DNA from: a virus
Lineage: Duplodnaviria; Caudoviricetes
Length of the DNA: 33,112 nucleotides
IMG/VR virus record: IMGVR_UViG_3300011337_000256
Span: 1 to 33,112 of that record
Direction: 5' to 3' (one strand)
The position numbers were made by a program, and so were the translations under genes. The notes below the pieces were generated by a model. The model ran no database searches and was not told where the DNA came from. It saw nothing but the letters and a program-made list of their open reading frames with translations. Below, one piece after another: positions 25,148 through 33,112 of this stretch. The first letter of the stretch is position 1. Each line of letters starts with the position of its first letter.

Positions 25148-25340
25148 TAAAGATTTTATACTTGGTGTTGTAGCTTATGGAAATAAGCCTGATATGTCTA
25201 ATAAGATAGCGGCAAATATAATTGCTGAATATGAAGAACTGACAGGAATAAAAATAAATAGAAAGCAATGTTTCACATGTGGTAAAAATAACATATTTGA
25301 CAAAATTTACTTGTATGCAAAAGATAGTAATTTATGGTGA
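25128..25340 (+). CDS. Hypothetical protein with CxxC
   Basis: 70 aa, contains CFTCG. Confidence 0.6.
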   Translation: MSYIKNNKDFILGVVAYGNKPDMSNKIAANIIAEYEELTGIKINRKQCFTCGKNNIFDKIYLYAKDSNLW

Positions 25341-25347
25341 CATGTTG

Positions 25348-25355
25348 TATCTTTG
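25348..25355 (+). promoter_or_regulatory. Bacteroidota -7 promoter element TATCTTTG upstream of the packaging operon
   Basis: Exact TAnnTTTG in an intergenic gap. Confidence 0.6.
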
Positions 25356-25423
25356 CAAACAGCGTTGTGAGATACAGCTATTGAAAGGAAAGTTTAACAA
25401 CATAATAATATTTTTGAATTAAA

Positions 25424-26146
25424 ATGCCATATCCAAAGCCAAACGAAACCGAGAAAGACTACATCAAACGATGTCTTTCTGACAGCGAGATGAAGTCTAA
25501 ACATTCTGAATTTAATGAACGCTTTGCAGTTTGTAAATCATTCTTTGTGGAATATGAGGCAGAAAAGATTTCATTTGATTACGATGATACATTAAGTACT
25601 GATAGAGGCAAACAACTAGCTAAACATCAACAAGGGATTTTATATATTATTTCAGCAAGGCATGATAAGGAAGGTATGTTAGCTACTGCTAAGGCTTTGG
25701 GTATTCCTGAAAGTAGAGTTTATGCAACTGGTTCAAACAAAGCTAAGATTGAAAAGATTAAAGAACTTGGAATATCAAAGCACTATGACAACAACGCCGA
25801 TGTTATTAGTCAACTTGGTTCAATAGGTGTTAAATTTATGGAGTTTGAATCTTACAACGATTACCCTAAACAAGCAAGTGAAAACGCTAAGATAGCTTTG
25901 AGATGGGCAGATGAACACGGATGGGGTGAATGCCTTGAAGCAACTGGAAAAGCAAGAGCTAACCAATTAGCGAATGGCGAAAACATTTCAGAGGATACTA
26001 TCGCACGAATGGCTTCATTTGCAAGGCATAAACAACATAGTGACAGACCATTGGGCGAAGGTTGCGGCAGATTAGCTTGGTTAGCATGGGGTGGAGATGC
26101 TGGCATTGAATGGGCACAACGTAAATTAAAACAAATTAGAAAATAA
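25424..26146 (+). CDS. Three-module protein: small Cys-pair domain + HAD-like domain + WGG-containing helical domain
   Basis: MP.PK.NE...YI.RC...R.AVC; ISFDYDDTL, IISAR, K, HYDNN (HAD motifs I-IV); YNDYP...RANQLA.GE.IS...AW.AWGGDAG..WA. Confidence 0.65.
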   Translation: MPYPKPNETEKDYIKRCLSDSEMKSKHSEFNERFAVCKSFFVEYEAEKISFDYDDTLSTDRGKQLAKHQQGILYIISARHDKEGMLATAKALGIPESRVYATGSNKAKIEKIKELGISKHYDNNADVISQLGSIGVKFMEFESYNDYPKQASENAKIALRWADEHGWGECLEATGKARANQLANGENISEDTIARMASFARHKQHSDRPLGEGCGRLAWLAWGGDAGIEWAQRKLKQIRK

Positions 26147-26182
26147 TGCAAGACGAATATGAACACATAAACTTTTGGAACG

Positions 26183-26620
26183 ATGGCAAAGCATAAGTAT
26201 ATAGAAACTCCTGAAAAACTTTTAGAGTTATTTAAAGGTTACACAAATGAGGTTAAATCTAATCCTAGAAAGAAACATGTATTTGTTGGTAAGGATGGGA
26301 AAAGCGAATATGAGCTTTTAGAGAGACCTTTGACTTATGAAGGTTTTAGTGTATATTGTTTTAATGAAATAGGCTCTATTAAGCATTATTTTGAGAATAG
26401 AGACGATTCTTATACTGAATATGTCCCTATCTGTGCGCATATTAAGCAACTGATAAGGAATGACCAAATAGACGGCGGTATGGTAGGTCAATACAATTCA
26501 TCAATAACACAACGTTTAAATGGATTAGTTGAAAAGACTGAAAATAAGAACGAAAATACTAATATAGATTTTAATGCCAACTTCGGTAACCCTTTACAGT
26601 CCCCACAACAACCAGGTTAA
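26183..26620 (+). CDS. terS: Terminase small subunit (P22 gp3-like)
   Basis: KYIETPE.L..LF..Y, RPLT.EGF, G.YN.SITQRLNGL; directly upstream of and overlapping terL. Confidence 0.8.
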   Translation: MAKHKYIETPEKLLELFKGYTNEVKSNPRKKHVFVGKDGKSEYELLERPLTYEGFSVYCFNEIGSIKHYFENRDDSYTEYVPICAHIKQLIRNDQIDGGMVGQYNSSITQRLNGLVEKTENKNENTNIDFNANFGNPLQSPQQPG

Positions 26621-27764
26621 AATTCACAATAGTATTAATAATGAAAATTATAAATACTATGTATTGAATATTGGCAGACAGTGGGGAAAATCACTTCTCG
26701 CTATGAATCAATGTTATTACTGGGCCTTTAATGAAAAGAGCGTACAGATAGCGTGGGTAAGTCCTATCTATAAACAAGCTAAGAAAGTATTTGATGAAAT
26801 GGTTAAGGCCTTTGATAATAGTAATTTAATCACATCGAATGCAAGTGAGTTAATTATTAAGACTAAGAATAATTCAACTATACAATTTTTTTCAGCTGAG
26901 AGATACGATAATTTAAGGGGCTTTACTTTTGATTACCTTGTTTGCGATGAATTTGCCTTTATAGACGAAAGAGCGTGGACGGAAGTTTTGAGGGCTACTG
27001 TTTTGGTTAAGGGTAAGAAAGTTTTATTGATTTCTACTCCAAAAGGAAAAAACCATTTCTACAACCTATTTAACCTAGACGGAATTAACCCAGCTTACAA
27101 GTCATTTAAGATGACTAGCTACGATGGACTAGCGCAAGCGGATGAAATAGACGGCGCACGTCACACACTACCTGATAATGTATTTAAACAAGAATACTTA
27201 GCTGAGTTTATTGATAGTGGTTCAGGTGTGTTTAGCAATATCACAATTAACGACCAACCTGAACGAACGGCACGCTATTATGCTGGTATTGATTTAGGAA
27301 GGGCCGATGATTATACAGTTATTGTAATTTTAAACGAACGTGGCCAAATGGTTCTTTGCGAACGTTGGCGACACAATACTTGGTCTAATATAGTTGACGC
27401 ACTATTAAGTGTTTTAAGACGTTTTAACGCATCTTGTAAAGTTGAGGTTAATAGTATAGGAGATGTAATATTTGAGCAGTTACAAGCTAAATATACAAAT
27501 ATAGAGCCATTTACCACGACTAGTAAAAGCAAACAAGATGCTGTCGAAGCTTTGCAAGTAGCTATTCAAAACAATGAGTTTAGTTTATTGGAAATAGACT
27601 GGCTTAAAAAAGAGTTTGATATTTTTACCTATGAATATTCACACAAAACAAGGAATATCAAATACTCAGCTCCGCAAGGATTTCACGATGACGGGGTTAT
27701 GGCTTGCTGTATAGCTTATAACGCTTTGAAGTCGAGATTTACGAATGTTATTGATATAATATAA
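26574..27764 (+). CDS. terL: Terminase large subunit
   Basis: GRQWGKS Walker A, LRG...YLVCDEFAF Walker B, ISTP.G.N.FY, QEYLAEF, GIDLG..DDYT nuclease, HDD.VMA. Confidence 0.95.
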   Translation: MPTSVTLYSPHNNQVKIHNSINNENYKYYVLNIGRQWGKSLLAMNQCYYWAFNEKSVQIAWVSPIYKQAKKVFDEMVKAFDNSNLITSNASELIIKTKNNSTIQFFSAERYDNLRGFTFDYLVCDEFAFIDERAWTEVLRATVLVKGKKVLLISTPKGKNHFYNLFNLDGINPAYKSFKMTSYDGLAQADEIDGARHTLPDNVFKQEYLAEFIDSGSGVFSNITINDQPERTARYYAGIDLGRADDYTVIVILNERGQMVLCERWRHNTWSNIVDALLSVLRRFNASCKVEVNSIGDVIFEQLQAKYTNIEPFTTTSKSKQDAVEALQVAIQNNEFSLLEIDWLKKEFDIFTYEYSHKTRNIKYSAPQGFHDDGVMACCIAYNALKSRFTNVIDII

Positions 27765-27792
27765 ATCAATTTGAATAAAATTTAATACTTAA
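27765..27792 (+). promoter_or_regulatory. Putative phage late promoter ATCA-N15-AATACTT
   Basis: ATCA 27765-27768 and AATACTT 27784-27790 in the 33-nt gap after terL. Confidence 0.6.
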
Positions 27793-27797
27793 TAAAG

Positions 27798-28394
27798 ATG
27801 AAATTTGAAGACCTTACCATAAAACAATACATTAACTTGTTGGCCGTTGATGCCTTGGAAACATCCGACATCGATAAGAAAATTAAGAAACTAGCTATTG
27901 TTTTAGGAAAAAAAGAAAGTGAAGTTGAGGCTATGCCGATTACTGCATTTGAAAACATTGGTTTTTTAAGTAACATTCCAAAACAACTGAAATTCAAAGA
28001 AAAGACCAGGATAGGTTTTAAAACTTACAAAGCATGTACTAACTTAAACGACATTGGAGTAAATCAATTAGTAGATTTCTATTCTTTGAATAAAGCTAAT
28101 GCGCCTATTAATGAATTGTTAGCAGTTGTTTACAGACCTTATAATCCTGACAAGCATAAAGAGGTTTCAGAGGCTTTCTTATCTAAAAAAGTAGGAGATG
28201 TGTTGGGAACTGTTTTTTTTTTCAAGAACTACTTTTTGAAATGCGAGAAACATATAGCTCAATATTTGGAGAGCCAATTACAATTAGTGAAGACGTTTCA
28301 GACGGAAATACAGACAGACAGCGAGTTCATGGATTCCTTGACCACTGGGGTTGGGAGTACAACATCGACTTATGCGCTGAAAACGAACGGTTAA
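27798..28394 (+). CDS. Putative tail assembly chaperone (0-frame product)
   Basis: Duplicated motif (DLTIKQYINL / DIGVNQLVDF), LLAVVYRP, and an internal T10 slippery run. Confidence 0.6.
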   Translation: MKFEDLTIKQYINLLAVDALETSDIDKKIKKLAIVLGKKESEVEAMPITAFENIGFLSNIPKQLKFKEKTRIGFKTYKACTNLNDIGVNQLVDFYSLNKANAPINELLAVVYRPYNPDKHKEVSEAFLSKKVGDVLGTVFFFKNYFLKCEKHIAQYLESQLQLVKTFQTEIQTDSEFMDSLTTGVGSTTSTYALKTNG

Positions 28395-28498
28395 CATGGG
28401 ATGACGTTTATTTGTGGAACGTGACAAGGTTTCTGAATAAGATTAGTTATTTAAAGGATAAGGGTAAATTTTTAATTGCGTTAAATGGCAATAGATAA
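28220..28498 (+). CDS. -1 frameshift extension of the tail assembly chaperone
   Basis: The -1 frame opens after TAA 28184, runs through T10 (28213-28222) into the track ORF 28241-28498 (F..HWGW motif) and overlaps the next start. Confidence 0.65.
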   Translation, partial: FQELLFEMRETYSSIFGEPITISEDVSDGNTDRQRVHGFLDHWGWEYNIDLCAENERLTWDDVYLWNVTRFLNKISYLKDKGKFLIALNGNR

Positions 28499-29045
28499 AA
28501 AGATAGATGAAATATTAGTTGAGTTTGGGATGAAACTCGAACAAGACTTGCAAGATAACTTGGCTAGTAAAATGGGTAGTGGTTACAATGCTAGGTTATC
28601 GGGTAAAATCAAATCTTTGCCGATTAGACATGTAGGGGATTTAACCGAATACATTTTACAAATGCCTTTGTATGGTAAAGCTTTGGACGGTGGAAGGGGA
28701 AAAACAAAGGAGAAAACAGATGGCACTATGAGGAGTAAGATTGAGGATTGGGTTAAAAGACGTGCTTTAGTTGGTAAATACATTACTGATAACTTACAAC
28801 AAAGATTAGATAAACAAGCTAAAAATAAAACTAACCGCCCTAAAAAGCCTTTAAAAAGATTAGCATTCGAGAAAGCAGTTAAACAATTATCTTTTTTAAT
28901 AGCTAGAAAGATTCATAAAAAAGGTTATAAAGGAAACCATTTCTTTAGCGAAGTAATTAATGATGGACGTTTAGAGAAACTAGAAAAAGATTTACTCGAA
29001 GCTACACAAAACGAAGTATTGATTGAAATAACAAAGAAATTTTAA
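28485..29045 (+). CDS. Putative neck / tail-completion protein (HK97 gp10-like)
   Basis: Basic; L..KI, YG..LD.GR, FLIARKI..KG.K..HFF motifs. Confidence 0.5.
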   Translation: MAIDKKIDEILVEFGMKLEQDLQDNLASKMGSGYNARLSGKIKSLPIRHVGDLTEYILQMPLYGKALDGGRGKTKEKTDGTMRSKIEDWVKRRALVGKYITDNLQQRLDKQAKNKTNRPKKPLKRLAFEKAVKQLSFLIARKIHKKGYKGNHFFSEVINDGRLEKLEKDLLEATQNEVLIEITKKF

Positions 29046-29046
29046 A

Positions 29047-30168
29047 ATGGCACTAACTATAACACAATACCCTTTAAGCAAAACACCAGCATATAATGAC
29101 CAGTGGTTTATCGGGTCATCTAATCAAACGGCAATTAGTGACTTTTATTATAAGATAGATTTCACTTGTAACTCAGTTACCTTAACAGAAAAAGTACTTC
29201 CTGACTTGAATGGCCGATTTGTTTATAATGCAAAAGAGAAAGCAAAGAACTTCATTGAGCATTATTTTAATCCGAATGATACTGGTTTCCCTACAGCGGT
29301 TGAGGCGGTTAATAAGGCGGTATCAATAACACTAACAGTAACAGAATACTATTCAGGTACTTTACATACACCTTACACAATGAGTTACACAGCATTTGAT
29401 GCGTGTTTAAATGAAGCTGAGTTTTCTGATTATGTGCCTACTTTCTTTTGTAATACTATCCTTGGTAGTGATAAGCAATTAAATTTAGCTGATAGTGTTG
29501 TAACACCATTTACTGACATTTGGGTACATTCGTTTAAAGCGTATGGAATAAAAATAACTGTTAACTCTACTTTACTTACAACCTTTAATATAGTTGATGT
29601 AAATAAAATTTACGTTTACAATTTTGGATACCAAGGATTATTAGCACTAGGCCACACGTTGGCGGTGGGTGATGTAGTAATAATTGATGTTAGAACTACT
29701 ATTGGAAGTCTAACAACTTACACATATACCGTTCAAGACATTTGCTCACGCTATGATGTAACCCGTTTATACTACTTATCACGAAGCGGACGCATCTTAT
29801 ACAAACAGTTTAGCTTAGCGGCTACAAAACGAATGAGTAAGAAAACTTCAAACGTTCGTTTAGGCAAAGGTAATGTAGTTAGCGGTATCATGACCACTAA
29901 TCGTTGGGATAGAGAGGTTCACGAAGTATCAAACGTCACTACATACACATCAACACTTACAAGTGACTGGATTAGCGAAGTCCAAAACGAAGCATTACAA
30001 GAACTGTTCGACAGTCCGATAGTATGGCAACACGACGGAACGAATTACATCCCTGTTACGATAACAGATACTAGCTACGACTTCAAGAAACATAATAGTG
30101 ATAAGCTGTTTAACTATACAGTTAACATCGAATACAATACTCAAGAAACTAGACAAAGAGGCTTATGA
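29047..30168 (+). CDS. Tail-tip structural protein (distal-tail-like)
   Basis: 373 aa, beta-rich, C-terminal SDW.SE......ELFDSP.VW...PV.I; precedes the large tail gene. Confidence 0.5.
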   Translation: MALTITQYPLSKTPAYNDQWFIGSSNQTAISDFYYKIDFTCNSVTLTEKVLPDLNGRFVYNAKEKAKNFIEHYFNPNDTGFPTAVEAVNKAVSITLTVTEYYSGTLHTPYTMSYTAFDACLNEAEFSDYVPTFFCNTILGSDKQLNLADSVVTPFTDIWVHSFKAYGIKITVNSTLLTTFNIVDVNKIYVYNFGYQGLLALGHTLAVGDVVIIDVRTTIGSLTTYTYTVQDICSRYDVTRLYYLSRSGRILYKQFSLAATKRMSKKTSNVRLGKGNVVSGIMTTNRWDREVHEVSNVTTYTSTLTSDWISEVQNEALQELFDSPIVWQHDGTNYIPVTITDTSYDFKKHNSDKLFNYTVNIEYNTQETRQRGL

Positions 30169-32903
30169 TAACAACTAGATTAGAGATAGGCGGCGAAAAT
30201 TACGCTATTGTAAACAATATTCCGATTAGTACTAACTTTGTTCAGGCCGACTTGCGAGAGCCTGATAAAAGGAATGCATCGTTTACAAAGACAATTACTT
30301 TATATGGTAACAACAAGCTAAATAAGTTATTTGAGAATATCTTTGAGGCTAACATTGACTTGCAATCGTTTAATCCTAACTTAAAAGAAACTGCTAAATA
30401 CTTTGTTGATGAAACGCAAGTTTTAACAGGGGCCTTGCAGTTATTGAAAATTACAAAGACACCTGACAACAATATCGTTTACGAATGTTCGATTATTGGT
30501 AATGAGGGTAATTTGTTTGTTGATATTGGAGACAAATACTTAGAAGAATTAGACTTTAGCGAATATGACCATGATTATACACGTGCTAATCAGATAGCAT
30601 CGTGGACTAATAACTGTAAAGTTAGTGGTGTAAGTACAAATGTTGGAATGGGAAAAGGCTATTACTATGGTTTTGTTCAACGTGGACTTGGTACAAATAG
30701 CGATAGTGTTTTTAGTGTTAAGGAGTTTTTCCCTCAATTATTCGTTCGTGAATATTTAGAAAAGATTTTCGCGCAAGGTGGTTATACATGGGATTCTGAT
30801 TTTTTAGATAGTGACGAGTTTAAAAAGTTAATTGTTGAGCCTAATATAAGTGCTTTACAGATGACCCAAAGCCAATTAGACAACGCACAAATAAACGTTG
30901 GTGTGCCATCGGCTGGTTATCAAATTTACTACACTAATCCTCCATTTATTCCAAATGGGAATTATCAATTTATACCATATTTAAATGAAAGCTATCCTTT
31001 CTTTGACCCATCTAATCAATGGAATACAGATGGTTTTGGTACTGATGGTATAATAAAAAAGAAAGGTTATTACAACATAAACCATAAAATAAAACTTAAA
31101 ATTACATTTAATCATACAGACCCTAATATTGAAATTTTTCAGTTGTATGGATATGGTTTAAGTTCTGTAATAAATGAATGGACGTTTGAAACAGTTATTT
31201 TAAGAAATGGAAGTATATTAACTACATCTCCAAAAACTGAATTTTATATTACGGAAGAAATTATAACTTACCCTACTGGCTCACCAATAGTTAATAAAAT
31301 AAATCTATCAACTGATGAATTATTTTTCTTTACAAATAGTTATAGTGGTGCTACTGCTATTACTGAATATTACGCAATAATTAGCGTATCAAGTGGAGAA
31401 GTTTTATTGAATAAAAACGATGTAATTACAACTAAAGCTAGGTATTTATTTGCGCCTGCAAAAGCTGAATGGTATAGTGATTCTGCAAGTGGTTATTATA
31501 AAATTTCAGGAATGACAGGCGGAACAATTACCACTAAAGTAGTAGGTGGCGCAATGGGTTCTAATTTATCTATGTTTGTTACTCGCAAGGAAGTAGTTGA
31601 GGGCGGAACATTAAACCCTACAAGTGCAATCCCTAAACAGATTAAACAAAAGGATTTTGTTAAGTCAATAATGCAGGCGTTTAATTTGTATTTGGACTTC
31701 GATAAAAATAATCCTAAAAAAATTATCATAGAAAGTTATAACGATTATTTTAACTATGGTGCATCCGTTGACTGGTCTAATAAAATAGATTTAGATAAAC
31801 CGATTGATGTTAATCCAATATCTATGGTTGACGGCAAACGTTATTTCTTTAGATATAAAGCTGACAAAGATTTTTACAATCAAAAGTATTTAGACAGATA
31901 CGCAGAGCCATTTGGAACGCAAAGAATAGACATTGATAACGATTTTAAGAAAGAGGATAAGATTAATGAGTTAATATTTTCGCCAACTCCAAACGTGGCA
32001 AATGATACATTGAGAATTGCCGTTCCGAAAATTTACAAAGACCAAAACGGAAGCAATGTAACTCCAAACATTCGCTTACTTTATGCTGGTGGTGTTAAAC
32101 AAGCATACGCTCCGATAACTTATAAACAAACAGGTTTATCGGATTACAATACTATTAATTATGCTTATTGTGGCCATACGGATGACGCTCAAACACCAAC
32201 CGTAGATTTAAATTTTGGAATACCAAAAGAGATTTTTTACATCTATGCTGAATCTCAATTTACAACTAATAACCTTTACAACCGCTATCACAAAAACTTT
32301 ATTCTAAATGTAACTAGCAAAAACTCAAAGGTAATGACTGCCTATCTTTGGTTGTCTCCTTTGGATATAAAGACATTTAGTTTTAGAAAGAAATATTTTA
32401 TTGATAATGCTTATTATATTGTAAATAAAATAATTGATTACAACCCTTATGAAACTCAATCTACAAAGGTTGAGTTAATCAAAATTTTAAACACTGATTT
32501 GTTTACTCCGACATCTAGTTTTTTCTATGATGACCCAACTATTTCAACAGGTGTGGACGTTGGAATAGCAGTTGATAAATCATCCGCTAATTATAGCCAA
32601 AATTCAATCAATATGGGTGTTAACAGCGTTGCAATTGGCGAAGGGATATTTATACCAGCATCGGCGACCAACGTTTTGGTAAACGCTCAAAATGTAACCA
32701 TTGGAGAAAACGTATCAAATGTGACCGTTTTAAATACTTCAAATATAACAGTCACTGAATCAAATGTTAGCTATATAAACGGCGTTTACTATCCAACTTA
32801 CACTATTTTAAGTGGTGGTTTGGATGTTGATGCAGATGTTAACGTTTTATCGGGTGGCTTAAATTCAAACTTACAAAATTCAATACTTATCGATGGCAAC
32901 TGA
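30165..32903 (+). CDS. Large tail / baseplate-hub protein
   Basis: 912 aa; D.REP.KR.ASFTKTI.L.G N-terminus, KQKDF.KSI...FNLY, DWS.K.D, TKVELIK; C-terminal beta-helix-like repeats. Confidence 0.65.
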   Translation: MITTRLEIGGENYAIVNNIPISTNFVQADLREPDKRNASFTKTITLYGNNKLNKLFENIFEANIDLQSFNPNLKETAKYFVDETQVLTGALQLLKITKTPDNNIVYECSIIGNEGNLFVDIGDKYLEELDFSEYDHDYTRANQIASWTNNCKVSGVSTNVGMGKGYYYGFVQRGLGTNSDSVFSVKEFFPQLFVREYLEKIFAQGGYTWDSDFLDSDEFKKLIVEPNISALQMTQSQLDNAQINVGVPSAGYQIYYTNPPFIPNGNYQFIPYLNESYPFFDPSNQWNTDGFGTDGIIKKKGYYNINHKIKLKITFNHTDPNIEIFQLYGYGLSSVINEWTFETVILRNGSILTTSPKTEFYITEEIITYPTGSPIVNKINLSTDELFFFTNSYSGATAITEYYAIISVSSGEVLLNKNDVITTKARYLFAPAKAEWYSDSASGYYKISGMTGGTITTKVVGGAMGSNLSMFVTRKEVVEGGTLNPTSAIPKQIKQKDFVKSIMQAFNLYLDFDKNNPKKIIIESYNDYFNYGASVDWSNKIDLDKPIDVNPISMVDGKRYFFRYKADKDFYNQKYLDRYAEPFGTQRIDIDNDFKKEDKINELIFSPTPNVANDTLRIAVPKIYKDQNGSNVTPNIRLLYAGGVKQAYAPITYKQTGLSDYNTINYAYCGHTDDAQTPTVDLNFGIPKEIFYIYAESQFTTNNLYNRYHKNFILNVTSKNSKVMTAYLWLSPLDIKTFSFRKKYFIDNAYYIVNKIIDYNPYETQSTKVELIKILNTDLFTPTSSFFYDDPTISTGVDVGIAVDKSSANYSQNSINMGVNSVAIGEGIFIPASATNVLVNAQNVTIGENVSNVTVLNTSNITVTESNVSYINGVYYPTYTILSGGLDVDADVNVLSGGLNSNLQNSILIDGN

Positions 32904-33112
32904 ATATAAAAGAATCGTAATAAAAAAAGGGAATGGTGTACCAACTATTCCCACAAGTAATGACCATACAGACGGCACATGGTTAGCAACTGATTTATAT
33001 GTCGGTGAATTTTACATGGACATGGGACTTGATAAAATTTACATGCGCACTGCTATTGGTATAGAAGAGGTTATCTTTGATGTTGCTAGTTTTGAAAGCA
33101 TATACAACAAGG
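32893..33112 (+). CDS. 5' part of the junction-spanning virion gene (continues at 190-1001)
   Basis: MATEYKRIVIKKGNGVPTIPTSNDHTDGTWLATDLYVGEFYMDMG... is in frame with ORF 93-1001. Confidence 0.8.
   Translation, partial: MATEYKRIVIKKGNGVPTIPTSNDHTDGTWLATDLYVGEFYMDMGLDKIYMRTAIGIEEVIFDVASFESIYNK
32924..33112. repeat. Terminal direct repeat, right copy
   Basis: Matches 1-189 with 6 substitutions. Confidence 0.97.

Noticed and set aside
323-31729. All minus-strand ORFs in the track (e.g. 3696-4211, 7836-8210, 17492-17860)
   Set aside because: Each lies antisense to a well-supported plus-strand gene and has no recognisable motifs; they are shadow ORFs.

Overview
The window appears to be a complete ~32.9 kb tailed-phage genome (siphovirus-like), circularly permuted: positions 1-189 recur at 32924-33112. 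All credible genes lie on the + strand. A Bacteroidota (probably Flavobacteriia-like) host is inferred from TAnnTTTG promoters, A-rich starts without Shine-Dalgarno motifs and a degenerate DnaG zinc-binding domain. Late module, read across the junction: terS, terL, frameshifting tail chaperone, neck and tail-tip genes, tape measure, XkdF-like protease, scaffold, capsid, tail tube, portal, adaptors, fibres, lysis. Early/middle module (14.7-25.3 kb): RHH regulator, small SSB, MazG, Erf, Gp157, PAPS-reductase-like protein, replication initiator with internal iterons, primase-helicase, C5 methyltransferase, VRR-NUC nuclease and an ECF-like sigma factor. I recognised no integrase, DNA polymerase, tRNA or CRISPR array. 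Most notable observations: (1) two promoter-proximal two-hairpin leader RNAs whose loops are complementary and covary between the copies (a kissing-loop element), placed before the recombination and replication operons; (2) a bipartite ATCA-N14/15-AATACTT motif before structural genes, matching the presence of a phage sigma factor; (3) a portal fused to a winged-HTH and a Cys/His domain; (4) terminator-proximal segments that read as antisense translation starts. All protein calls come from recognising motifs by eye, not from database searches.
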